Below are positions 12,432-23,689 of a DNA stretch of 64,000 nt, piece by piece; the stretch's first letter is position 1, and every line of letters begins with the position of its first letter. The position numbers and the translations under genes are program-made. Under the pieces are notes generated by a model. That model made no database searches. It was not told the origin of the DNA and worked only from the letters and a program-made list of their open reading frames with translations. Source of the stretch: Octopus vulgaris. Its lineage: Eukaryota. The stretch is from contig OX597817.1 in NCBI GenBank assembly GCA_951406725.2, forward strand, positions 162,068,001 to 162,132,000, read 5' to 3'.

Positions 12432-12749
12432 TCCACATCTAATGCTAAATCAAGATTACACAATCATCTCCACGTATTCAGAAAGAGAGATAAGGCGCAA
12501 ACAACATCGCTCTCCGTGAAGTCTGGCAGTTAAAGGACAAAAACATCGATTTTCATCCAACGTGGAAGGAACGTCGCTAGAGACGCTGAGCCTTATGTTA
12601 ATAATAGATATGTTTGCAATCTCTGCTGTTTGGAATTGTTGGAAATCTTAAACTGCGCGGGTGGTGTTATTAATAGATCGGATGAATTAAAGATTAAATG
12701 CCCACATTCTATCCGTAGAACTTTCTTATACTTTAAACCGATACTATAA
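12432..12749 (+). pseudogene. Penelope-like element GIY-YIG endonuclease, C-terminal relic
   Basis: Manual translation with two frameshifts: STSNAKSRLHNHLHVFRKRDKAQTTSLS/EVWQLKDKNIDFHPTWK/VARDAEPYVNNRYVCNLCCLELLEILNCAGGVINRSDELKIKCPH...*; matches K.R..H...F......T.LS..W.LK......W.....Y.....C.LC..E...I.....N...E....C.H of animal PLE endonucleases; starts at a (TA)n tract. Confidence 0.75.
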
Positions 12750-12883
12750 CGTCAAATTCAAGTGCTAGCTACTTATCTATAACCCTACAACACAGAGATT
12801 CATTACTAATAATAAGGTTCACAGAACATAGTTAGGTAGTCAAGCGTATCTTAATTCTATTAATACTAATAGCAGGTCATAAT

Positions 12884-13602
12884 AAAGCTATTTTTGCGTA
12901 TCCTTAGTTCTAACGACATATGCCAATGATTGTGATTGTATATAATTCATAATTTAATAACTTTATTCGATTTACTTCTAACTTCGTAGAATATTTCTAT
13001 TTGCTTCATCCTCCCTAATTATAGGCTTTATAATTCTTTATAATGAAGGCGGCGAGCTGGCAGAAACGTTAGCACGCCGGGCGAAATGCTTAGCGGGATT
13101 TCGTCTGCCGTTACGTTCTGAGTTCAAATTCCGCCGAGGTTGACTTTGCCTTTCATCCTTTCGGGGTCGATAAATAAGGTACCAGTTACGCACTGGGGTC
13201 GATGTAATCGACTTAATTCGTTTGTCTGTCCTTGTTTGTCCTCTTTGTGTTTAGCCCCTGGTGGGTAGTAAAGAAATAGGTATTTCGTCTGCCGTTATGT
13301 TCTGAGTTCAAATTCTGCCGAGGTCGACTTTGCCTTTCGATAAATTAAGTACCAGTGCGTAACTGGGTCGATATAATCGACTTAATTCGTTTGTCTGTCC
13401 TTGTTTGTCTCCTCTATGTTTAGCCCCTTGTGGGTAATAAAGAAACATATTTAAGCTATTTTTGCGTATCCTTAGTTCTAACGACAGATGCCAATGATTG
13501 TGATTGTATTTAATTCATAATTTAATAACTTTATCCAATTTACTTCTAACTTCGTAGAGTATTTTTATTTGCTTCATCATTCCTAGTTATAGCCTTAATA
13601 AT
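12884..13602. repeat. ~160-bp direct repeat pair flanking a family A SINE dimer
   Basis: 12884-13044 vs 13452-13602, about 12 mismatches by eye. Confidence 0.9.
13047..13446 (+). mobile_element. SINE family A tandem dimer
   Basis: Full unit followed by a headless unit starting GGTATTTCGTC at ~13279. Confidence 0.88.
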
Positions 13603-13805
13603 TCTTAATAATTCGTTGTATTTCTATAAATTCTTTTAACGTTTGATAACATCTACGACTTTTATAATTCTTTATAATTCTTATAAAATCTTTAACATTT
13701 TCTTAATACTCGCCATAATTTTAAATCATTAAAGTAGTGATCTAACCTATCTACTTAACTATTTTATTTCAATTGATTTGGTTCATTCTTAATAGTAATG
13801 TGACA

Positions 13806-13981
13806 GAGTGGCTGTGTGGTAAGTAGCTTGCTTACCAACCACATGGTTCCGGTGTCCAGTCTCACTGCGTGGCACCTTGGGCACGTGTCTTCTACTATAG
13901 CCTCGGGCCGACCAAAGCCTTGTGAGTGGATTTGGTAGACAGAAACTGAAAGAAGCCCGTCGTATATATGTATTTGCGTGC

Positions 13982-14016
<35 letters not shown>

Positions 14017-14232
14017 TGTGTTCGTATGTCTTTGCTTGTCCCCCAACATCGCTTGACAACCGATGCTGGTGTGTTTGCGTCCTCGTAACTTAGCGGTTCG
14101 ACAAAAGGGAACCGATAGAATAAGTACTAGGCTTACAAAGAATAAGTCCTGGGGGTCGATTTTGGTCGACTAAAGGCGGTGCTCCAGCATGGCCGCAGTC
14201 AAATGACTGAAACAAGTAAAAGAATAAAAGAG
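13806..14232 (+). mobile_element. SINE family B
   Basis: Full length, with GCACCTTGGGCA and tail AAACAAGTAAAAGA. Confidence 0.9.
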
Positions 14233-14494
14233 TAATAGAAACATTGGGATTCATCGTTTTTCAGGATTTTATAGGGTATTTAACTAGTATAAATTTATAT
14301 CCTTTATGTTGGTTTATGTTCCACACTGATTATTGCCTAAACTACTCCCATTAATCTAGTATATACATTTATTTGTTAATGCTAACTCCCTTCTTCCCGC
14401 CAGCAGTGCTGGCCATTTCTTTATTAGATTTATCCTATTCTATTCCTAAGTAAGAATTTATAGGTTATGATCGCTGCTACTGTGATCAAGGCTG

Positions 14495-14555
<61 letters not shown>

Positions 14556-15248
14556 ATATATATATATATAAGAAGTAAAATGGAAAAGAAAATTATTCAT
14601 ATATATATATATATATATTATGAATAATTTTCTTTTCGATTTTGTTTCCTCGCTTTTCTCCCCACCCCCGACCTCTCCTCCAAAATTTCGTAGAGACCAC
14701 TATTCTCTTCATTTTTCCTTATGTTATTTTCCCTCAATAATAATTCGCTGGATTTCCCTTAATTAGAGCTAATATTCTCTTAGTTCTGCAATAATTAATC
14801 GGAGCACTTTAATTTAAGAGGAATATATTGAATGAATAAGTAACGCTTGAATTAATTAACTATGTCATTCTAACGTACAAAACAATAGAACACAGTAAAC
14901 GTTTTGCTTTTTTTTTTTGAGGGTTTTTGGGGGGTTGTGGGGTAAAGAACGTCAGCAGCCATCTTTGAATATATTTTGATAGGGTCAAATATCACGCTTG
15001 GCGCCTGCTATCTGCTGGTATATAAGCGCATATTGCCTAATACTGACATCCCTAAGTTTAATGAATTCTTTAAAATAGATATTCCTTTTAATTATTCTAT
15101 AATTTATAACCTCATTCTGCTCTCCACCCTCAGTATTGACTGATTTTAGATGTACCCACTTAACATACCTTAAATATTGGAAACTCTGATTAGAAATTTT
15201 AGTTGATGATTTGTTGATTAATCAACAGGTCACTGCTCACTTTTCTAT

Positions 15249-15377
15249 TTGGTAAACCTGATGAGTTGAGAGTTGCATAGCGTATTACATAATATTATGG
15301 ATGTTGTACACACTACATACCTGACTGTGCCAAGTTTACGTAACAATAAAGACTCTTAATGAAACAATTGTATCAAT
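15249..15377 (+). ncRNA. Type I hammerhead motif with long stem II insert
   Basis: CTGATGA (15258-64), GTTGAGAGTT...GACTCTTAAT (10 bp incl. wobbles), GAAA (15361-64), CAATTG, TA; stem I 3' strand appears partly deleted. Confidence 0.65.
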
Positions 15378-15379
15378 AA

Positions 15380-16147
15380 GCGGTGAGCTGGCAGAAACGT
15401 TAGCACGCCGGACGAAATGCTTAGCGGTATTTCGTCTGCCGCTGCGTTCAGAGTTCAAATTCCGCCGAGGTCGACTTTGCCTTTCATCCTTTCGGGGTTG
15501 ATTAAATAAGTACCAGTTACGCACTGGGGTCGATATAACCGACTCAATCCGTTTGTTTATCCTTGTTTGTCCCCTCTGTGTTTAGCCCCTTTTGGGTAGT
15601 AAATAAAATAGGTATTTCGTCTGCCGCTACGTTCTGAGTTCAAATTCCGCCGAGGTCAACTTTGCTTTCATCCTTTCGGGGTCGATTAGATAAGTACCAG
15701 TTATGCACTGGTTTCGATTTAATCGACTTAATCCCTTTGTCTGTCCTTGTTTGTCCTCTCTGTGTTTAGCCCCTTTTGGGTAGTAAAAAAATAGGTATTT
15801 CGTTCTGAGTTCAAATTCCGCCGAGGTCGACTTTGCTTTCATCCTTTCGGGGTCGATTAGATAAGTACCAGTTACGCACTGAGGTCGATATAATCGATTT
15901 AAACCGTCTGTCTATCCTTGTTTGTCTCCTCTGTGTTTAGCCCCTTATAGGCAATAAAGAAATAGGTATTTCATCCGTGTTTACGCTCTGAGTTCAAATT
16001 CCGCCGAGGTCGACTTTGCTTTCATCCTTTCGGGATCGATAAATTAAGTACCAGTTACGCACTGGGGTCGATGTAACCGACTTAATCCGTATGTCTGTCC
16101 TTGTTTGTCTCCTCTGTGTTTTAGCCCCTTGAGGGCAATAAAGAAAT
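15380..16147 (+). mobile_element. SINE family A tandem tetramer
   Basis: One headed unit plus three headless units restarting at GGTATTTC (~15610, ~15794, ~15965). Confidence 0.88.
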
Positions 16148-16468
16148 ATGAAACATTTTGTTTTGTCTTTTTGTTTGTTCGTTTTTTTGCTTTTATGCCA
16201 CACTTAATTCCCAATTAATCTTTGGATAGCAGTGGATTTACGGATTACCAAACAGCAGTGAACTTCACTTGATCGATGCATTTGATAATGGATTGCTTAA
16301 CAGTTTGACTTACATCATTCCGTCTTGACATTCATTATGGAGCGCTTCATTTTGATATGCCTCGTTCCTTAATGGATGCCTGTAATCAAATTTATGTGTG
16401 TGTATGTATGTGAGCATGTGTGTGTGTATGCATATGTGTGTGGGTGTGTGTGTGTGTGTGCATATATA

Positions 16469-17003
16469 CAGGGTGTCCCCAAAAAATGTATACACACCTT
16501 AAATAATTATAAATTTGGGGTTTATTATAATTCGAATAATTTTCAACATGTAAAAGAATTTACAAATATCATTATATTGTCTTGTTACCGCATGTTCTCA
16601 AACTGATGTCCGTTCTGCTCCAGACACTGCTGACAACGCGAAGCGATGGAATGGCACACATCATGGAACAATTCCCTTGGGATATTCGTACATTCATGTT
16701 CAATGGTTGCCCTCAATTGAACGACTGTTGCAGGTTTCTGTGCGTAGACTTTGTCCTTTAGGTATCCCCATAAAAGAAGTCTAGTGGTGTGAGGTCTGGT
16801 GAACGTGGAGGGTATTCGACAAAACCTCTCCGTCCAATCCACCTGTTTGGCAAGATCCCATCAAGAAAGGATCTAACATCGCGATGGTAGTGTGGAGGTG
16901 CCCCATCTTGCTGGAAATAAAACTCTTCCTGTTCAAAGTCCTCTCTAATGCTTGGCATGACAGACTGTTGCAGCATGTGTATACATTTTTTGGGGACACC
17001 CTG
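16469..17003 (-). mobile_element. Tc1/mariner DD41D (rosa-type) internal-deletion derivative
   Basis: Perfect 28-bp TIR CAGGGTGTCCCCAAAAAATGTATACACA, TA flanks; QQDGAPPH...WIGRRG...PPRSPDLTPLDFF with 41 residues between the last two Ds. Confidence 0.9.
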
Positions 17004-17050
17004 TATATGTGTGTGTGCGTGTGCATATATATATATGTGTGTGTGTGTAT

Positions 17051-17412
17051 AGGAGTGGGTGTGTGGTAAGTAGCTTGCTTCCGGGTTCAGTCCCACTGTG
17101 TGACACTTTGGACAAGTGTCTTCTACTATAGCCTTGGGCCAACCAAAGCCTTGTGAGTGGATTCGGTAGACGGAAACTGAAAGAAGCCCGTCGTATATAA
17201 TGTATGTGTGTCTGTGTTTGTCCTCCCAACATCGCTTGACACCCGATGCTGGTGTGTTTACGTCCCCGTAACTTAGCGGTTCGGTAAAAGAGACCGATAG
17301 AATAAGTACTAGGCTTACGAAGAATAAGTCCCGGGGTCGATTTGCTCGACTAAAGACGGTGCTCCAGCATGGCCACAGTCAAATGACTGAAACAAGTAAA
17401 AAGAGTAAAAAG
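17051..17412 (+). mobile_element. SINE family B
   Basis: Family B sequence with a small head deletion. Confidence 0.88.
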
Positions 17413-17420
17413 ACAGTTAA

Positions 17421-17451
<31 letters not shown>

Positions 17452-17719
17452 ATGTATGTATGTATGTATGTATGTATAAGACGGGCTTCCATACACTTTC
17501 CGACAATCCAAATTCCAAATTCACTCACAAGATATTGGTCAGCACGGGGCTGTAGAATAAGACACTTGTCCAAGGTGGACTGAATCCGAAACCATGTAGC
17601 TTCCAAGCGAGCTTCTTAACCATTCAGCCATTCCGACGCCTATAAAATGAGCTTATGTAGTGCGAGTGGAGCACGCTACATATATGAAACCTCTCTGTCA
17701 TCTACCAGTAAAACGTTGT

Positions 17720-18208
17720 GATGGAGCGTGGCTTAGTGGTTAGGGCATTCGGCTCAAGATCGTAAGGTCATGAGTTCGATACTCGGTGGTACGTTGCAAT
17801 CCCACCAGATAGAGAGAAGAACCTTTTTACCATGAAGTTCCCTTCTCGGTTGTGGTTGAGCCGTTTCGATTTTATCAAGCAACTGTTTACGACGTTCAAC
17901 ATTTTGATAAATGATCCATTTTTCGTCACCAGTCACAAGTCTGTCCAAAAAGGGTGAAATGAGTTCACAAGAATGAAGAGAAGAGCAAATGTCAACATGG
18001 CATTTGCGGTTGCTTTCGGACAATTCATGAGGCACCCATTTTCCAAAATGAGTTATAGCTGTAATTCAAAGGGCCAAACTTGTCGCATTCTGTGTCACGC
18101 TGAATCTTCCTGAGAACTACGATAAGGGTATGCTTGTCTGTCGAGTGCCCAGCCACTTCCACGCTAACTTCAGGAGCAGGTTGTTCCGTTGGCAGGATCA
18201 ACTGAAAC
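17720..18208 (+). mobile_element. SINE family D with its central domain replaced by a mariner fragment
   Basis: D head 17720-17796, mariner internal piece 17794-18046 (minus), D/C tail from AAAATGAGTT. Confidence 0.8.
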
Positions 18209-18305
18209 AGGACGAAGCGCCAGTAGTGGAATGTGAAGTGTAAATCACACTTAAACACTGCTTGTCTGGTTTCTGAAAGCGAATTTTTGTTACATTTGTA
18301 ACCTA

Positions 18306-20855
18306 TCAGGTCATCCCATAAGTTCTGTTCGAATTTTGAATAAAGAAAACAAGTGATCAAATGTTATATTTAATTGAAATTTAATCATCAATGTACGAGG
18401 GACGTTCAATAAGTAATGCCTCTGACTCACTTGCAGTTGTTTGATCTAGCTGAAATTTTGCATGTGCAATCATTTATATCTCTATAGAGTAAGTGGCAAG
18501 GTTTCTGATTTACAGGTGTTTGAACCGAGTCAAGTGTGAAATGGAGCCTGTTGAGTGTCATGCAGTGATCCGGTTTTTGTATTTGAAAGGACGCACACCA
18601 CGGGAGACTTTTGATGAAATGAAAGTAACTTATGGTGATGATGCCCCATCATATGACCTTGTAAAACGCTGGCATCGTGAATTCAAACATGGTCGGAACT
18701 CTGTGGAAACAGCTCCCAGATCTGGTCCCCCCTTCTGCCATTGATGAGGCATCTGTCCGTCAAGTTGAGGCTGCCATTTTGGAAGATCGACGCATAATTA
18801 TTCGCCAAATAGCCCATGAGGTCAAGATTAGTACCGGGTCTGTGGAAACTATCATTCACGACCATTTGCATATGCAAAAGGTGTCTGCCAGATGGATTCC
18901 CAGGTTGCTCACGCCTTTCCAGAAGCAAGAACGCGTCGAGTGCTCGAGGGTGAATTTGGAGATGTGCCAAGAAGATGAGTCAAAATTTTTCAAAAGACTG
19001 ATTACACAGGATGAAACCTGGGTCCATCCCGATGATCCAGAGACCAAAGCCCAGTCAATGCAGTGGAAGCACCGTGACTCACCCCCTCCAAAGAAGGCAA
19101 GGGTGCAGCCCTCCGCTGGCAAGGTCATGCTCACAGTCTTCTGGGACCAGGACGGAGTAGTGATGACAGATTTCCTGGCAAAGGGTACCACAATTGCAGG
19201 AGCCTATTATGCTTCACTTTTGAGGAAATTAAGAGAAGTTATCAAAATCAAGAGGCGAGGCAAGATCAGCAAAGGCATCCTCCTCCTGCAGGACAACGCT
19301 CCGGTCCACAACTCGCTTGTCGCCAGATCAGAAGCACAAGCGTATGGCTATGAACTCCTCCCCATCCCCCCTACTTTCCTGACCTTGCACCCTCTGATTT
19401 TCACTTCTTCCCAATCATGAAGTTGTTTTTGAAAGGAAAGTGTTTCCCAGATGATGCAGCCTTGATTTCTGAAGTCACGTTGAGGTTGGAGGACCAAGCA
19501 GGGCTCTTCTACAAAAACGGTCTCCAGAGCCGCATCAAACGATGGGAGAAATGCGTAACTCTGGGTGGTTCCTATGTAGAAAAAGACTAATAACTGTGCC
19601 AAGTTTCGTTGCTCTACTGCTATGGGAAGTGGGTCAGGAGCATTACTTATTGAACGCCCCTCGTACTTTCCCTGATTATCTATGACTTCCTTCCATCTTT
19701 TTACAAGCTTTTTAATCCCATCAATGTAAAACTTTTAGTTTCAAAACGAAAAACTCTGAAATGTCAGTTTCGACCTCCTCCTGGCTTGCAAAAGTTATGT
19801 CCCCCAAATGATTCTGTAAACTACGTAACAAATGGTAGTCTCAAGGAGCAAGGTCGGGAGGATAAGGTGAATGAAGAATTTTTTCCCAACCAAGCTCTTC
19901 GATCTTCTGTGATGTGATCTTTGGAGTATGGAGTCGCGCATTGTCCTGATGAAACATCACTCCTTTTTGATTCACTAAAGCGGATCTTTTTTTCTTCAAA
20001 GCTTGGTTCAAACGCTCTAATTGCTGACAGTAGACTTGAGCATTGATTGTTGCATTAGGTGGTTACAATTCAAAGTGAATTACTCCTTTGCAATCCCACC
20101 AGATAGAGAGAACTTTTTCCCATGAAGTTCTCTTCTCGGTTGTGGTTGAGCCTTTTCCCTTTTACCAAGCTACTATTTACGACGTTTAACATTTCGATAG
20201 AAGATCCATTTTTCGTCACCAGCCACAAGTCTTTCCAAAAAGGGTGAAATGTGTTCGCGAGAATGGAGAGAAGAGCAGATGTCAACTCGAGATTTGCAGT
20301 TGTTTTCGGACAATTCATGAGGCACCCATTTTCCAAGTTTAGGAACCTTTCCAAGTTGTTGAAGATGACGATGAACAGTTGTATGGTTTGAACTAAGCTT
20401 TATTGCCAATTCTTCAACTGATAATGCAGGATTTTCTTCAAGTAATACCTCAAGGAGCTTATCATCAAACTCAGCTGGACGTCCTGTTCGATTTTCATCT
20501 TCAGGCTGAAATCTCCACTTCTGAATTTTGCAAACCATCTTCTGCAAATTCTTTCATTCAAGCATTCTTTCCCATAAACTGAGTGTATGTTTCGAGTCGC
20601 TTCGACTGCAGAGTTTCCTTTTTTGTACTCATGAAGCATTATGTGCCTCAAAGGCTCTTTGGATACTTCCATATTAGAAAGGGTTTTAATCAAAGAAGTT
20701 TTAATTTAATTATTCTGTAAAATAATATTTAATTAGTTTAAATGTACACAAATGCATAAAAATAATTTTAATTCCATTAGACATTCTAAAATACTATTAA
20801 ATTTTATTCAATTTTAAAAAAGATAAAATCGGACAGAACTTATGGGATGACCTGA
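18306..20855 (-). mobile_element. mariner transposon (outer), transposase pseudogene ~20672 to 18381
   Basis: 27-bp TIR TCAGGTCATCCCATAAGTTCTGT(T/C)CGA with TA flanks; WVPHELS, GDEKW, SPDLAP motifs; C-terminus KRWKEVIDNQGKYIDD* is split by the inner element. Confidence 0.93.
18396..19663 (+). mobile_element. mariner transposon (inner, 1268 bp), frameshifted DD34D transposase 18541-19590
   Basis: TIR CGAGGG(A/G)CGTTCAATAAGTAATGC, TA TSD; WIPRLLT, ITQDETWVH, LLQDNAPVH, PDLAPSDF; at least two frameshifts. Confidence 0.95.
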
Positions 20856-21164
20856 TATTTAGTGGCTTTCCTTCCTTTGACAATCTTTTGACAAGAACCT
20901 AATGATCCATAGTGATGCATGGTTCTTATATGGCGTTATTGCATTCCAGACATGCACTCTCAAGCATATTCCTGAAGAATATAAGGAAATTGCTTAGGTA
21001 AATCGCTAATAACAAATTATTTTTATAGATAGAACTTACGAAATAATGTAACGGAAATCAGCAATTTTAACATGCAAAAAAAAATCGTCAGAAAGATAAT
21101 AGAAAACTTGCAATCCTACCCCAATGAGGAAGCAGTTATACCAGGTTTAAAGGCAAAGATAAAC

Positions 21165-21428
21165 TGGTATTCCGTCGGTTACGATGACGAGTGTTCCAAG
21201 TGGCTGAGTACTCCACAGACACGAGTACCCTTAACCTAGTTCTCAGGAAGATTCAGCGTGATACAGAGTGTTACAAGGCTGGCCCTTTGAAATACATAAA
21301 CTACTCACTTTTGCCAGATGAGTGAACTGGAGTAATGTGAAATAAAGTGTCTTGCTCCACCGGGAATCGAACCTACGGCCTTACGATCGTGAACCGAATA
21401 CCCTAACCACTAAGCCACGCGCCTTCAC
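21165..21428 (-). mobile_element. SINE family D with family C tail, internally deleted
   Basis: 15-bp TSD TTAAAGG(C/A)AAAGATA. Confidence 0.8.
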
Positions 21429-21920
21429 TTAAAGGAAAAGATACTTCGACACTGAGACTCAAAGCTGGCTGTAACACGGTGCTTAGTGCACAAAGATGTC
21501 AACTGGAAGGGGTGGTTTCGATCTCAAACAAATTGCCATTCTTTTTTATTCATTCAAGTGTTGTTTAGATTACAAGAAGAAAAAGAAGAAAAAAAAAGGA
21601 AGAAAGAAAGAAAAACGTTCTGCGACCAATCATAGCGGAATCATTAAAAATAAGAAAAGAAAGAAAAACAAAAAACACAATAAAATAATTAATTAGCTAC
21701 AACATTAAACATTTATCCACGGTGTAGCCAAAATCTAATTAAAACAATGGGGGAAAAAAGGTTTAATTAACGAACGATTTTAATTAATGATTTTAATACA
21801 TGTGCCAGTGACTTAGTGGGAAAAGGCACTGCTTTAGAAATAAAGTTTCTTAATTCGAATCCACCTGATACCATGTGTATATTCTGGAGATCAGACAGCC
21901 TGAAACGTAGTGTAGGTATT

Positions 21921-22151
21921 GGCGGCGAGCTGGCAGAATCGTTAGCACGCCGGGTGAAATGCTTAGCAGTATTTCGTCTATCTTTACGTTCTGAGTTCAA
22001 ATTCCGCCGAGGTTGACTTTGCCTTTCATCCTTTCGGGGCCGATAAATTAAGTACCAGTTACGCACTGGGGTCGATGTAATCGATTTAATCCCTTTGTCT
22101 GTCCTTGTTTGTCCCCTCTATGTTTAGCACCTTGTGGGCAATAAAGAAAAA
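21921..22151 (+). mobile_element. SINE family A
   Basis: 18-bp TSD GAAACGTAGTGTAGGTAT at 21902-21919 and 22152-22169. Confidence 0.93.
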
Positions 22152-22371
22152 GAAACGTAGTGTAGGTATATCGTATATTTGCACAGGAAAGATGATGTTG
22201 AAAGCCCGGGAAATTATTTGATTAACAAAAATCTCTTTTCAAGCATTTAGAAATTTAATTGCTTTAATTACCAAATCAATCAAGTTTAGACATTAGAATA
22301 CTGCCTAGTAATCGACGACTCTCGCTTGAAATGTCTCCTTTGTCCCACAAAATATGGAGAAGAAAAAAGTG

Positions 22372-22745
22372 GTATCTTTTCGGTTTGAATCGATCTATTG
22401 CATTTCAATCTCTTTTAGGGTTAGGGTTAGTTAGGGTTAGGGTTAGGGGTGGGGGAAGGGTATCTTTTTTTCTTTACAAATGTAAATAAACCCAATCTGT
22501 TTCTTAAACGAGGGACATATTCATACGGCACATAATGCTTTTTAACTCAATAGACGTCACTGATTGGTTGAAATTGCAGAAATTGAAGAAAAAAAACAAC
22601 AAATTTCTTACAAACTATAGAATTTTCTCAATAAAGCCAAGAGAAAAAGATGTTTTATAAACACATTCTACTAGTATACGAAGTTTAAAATTTTTTAGTT
22701 ACCTAGAAATTATGTTAAAAACTGCCGTTCAAACCGAAAAGATCC
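22372..22745. mobile_element. MITE carrying (TTAGGG)n
   Basis: TIR G(T/G)ATCTTTTCGGTTTGAA; 8-bp TSD AAAAAGTG; TTAGGG repeats at ~22415-22448. Confidence 0.8.
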
Positions 22746-22849
22746 AAAAAGTGCTCTTGCATTATAAGAATCTGACTAAAACAATAAGAAAACCTTAAGG
22801 CAGAAGGAACTAATTAACAGTAATTCCAGCCATCTCTTCACTCTTGCTG

Positions 22850-23115
22850 CTCACTTTTCCTGAGAAGGTCGTGGGGTGAAACCCTCAGGCACTTCTTCCA
22901 TAGGGTCCTATCTGAAGCAACCATCATTACACTCTCTTGCACAATTTCCGAGCGTGATCAACTGAATCTAAGGATATTATCCTACCATTCCACTCGTGGC
23001 CTACCCCTAGAAGAATCTGTTATGCAATCCTTTCCTGTGGCATTCTAACCATATGTCCGTAAGAACTGGAGCTGTGATCTCTCAGTGTGGAAAAGTTGCG
23101 GCTCGACCTGGAGAG
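22850..23115 (-). pseudogene. RTE/Expander-like LINE 3' end, decayed
   Basis: Minus: LQVEPQLFHTERSQL...RMPQERIA...RGRPRVEW...VASDRTLWKKCL, resembling LGVEPLLL.IERSQLRW.GH..RM...RGRPR..W. Confidence 0.65.
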
Positions 23116-23689
23116 ACGGTAATTATCGAGGATCGATAACGTGGCGAAAGCAAATTCAAAGACACAGTTTTCGGTAACTTTGGTAAAAGAACACGCAGTC
23201 TAAAGAGAAATGTAATTGACAAAACGAATCGACATTATATGAGTGATATCTTGTTTACAAACCTTGAAGAGTTGAAAATAACCTCTATCTCGGTAAGAAC
23301 ACAGAGAGTTAAGGTACTAAACTAAATACCCCAAAACATTTTGGCTTGAAAAATCGGAAGGAAACGATATGGCGCAGCTGTTTGGACGCCGATAATTAGG
23401 CGTGGCCGAATGGAGCTGCAGCCTGATGGCTGGATAACATCCATAGTCTCACTTTTGTCACGCTTGGGAATCCTGTAGAAAAGTGTAATGACGGTTGCTT
23501 CCCATGGGACTCCTTGGAAGAGGGCTTTCAAGACTCGACCCCATGACCTTCTCAGAAATAGTAGGCGATTTTCGTAAGATCCTCATAATACAATATTTTT
23601 TTCTTTGATCTGTCGTGGGGTGAAACGGACACTCTCCCAAGAGAGTGGCGTCAATCACTAGACAGTATCGTAATGTATAAACCACCTGA

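Noticed and set aside
15380-16147. Regularly spaced repeats that could suggest a CRISPR array
   Set aside because: Whole ~180-bp units repeat with no unique spacers; eukaryotic SINE multimer.
20972-21000. CTGAAGA...GAAA (also at ~8025 and ~5912 minus)
   Set aside because: Stems I-III do not pair; likely chance matches.
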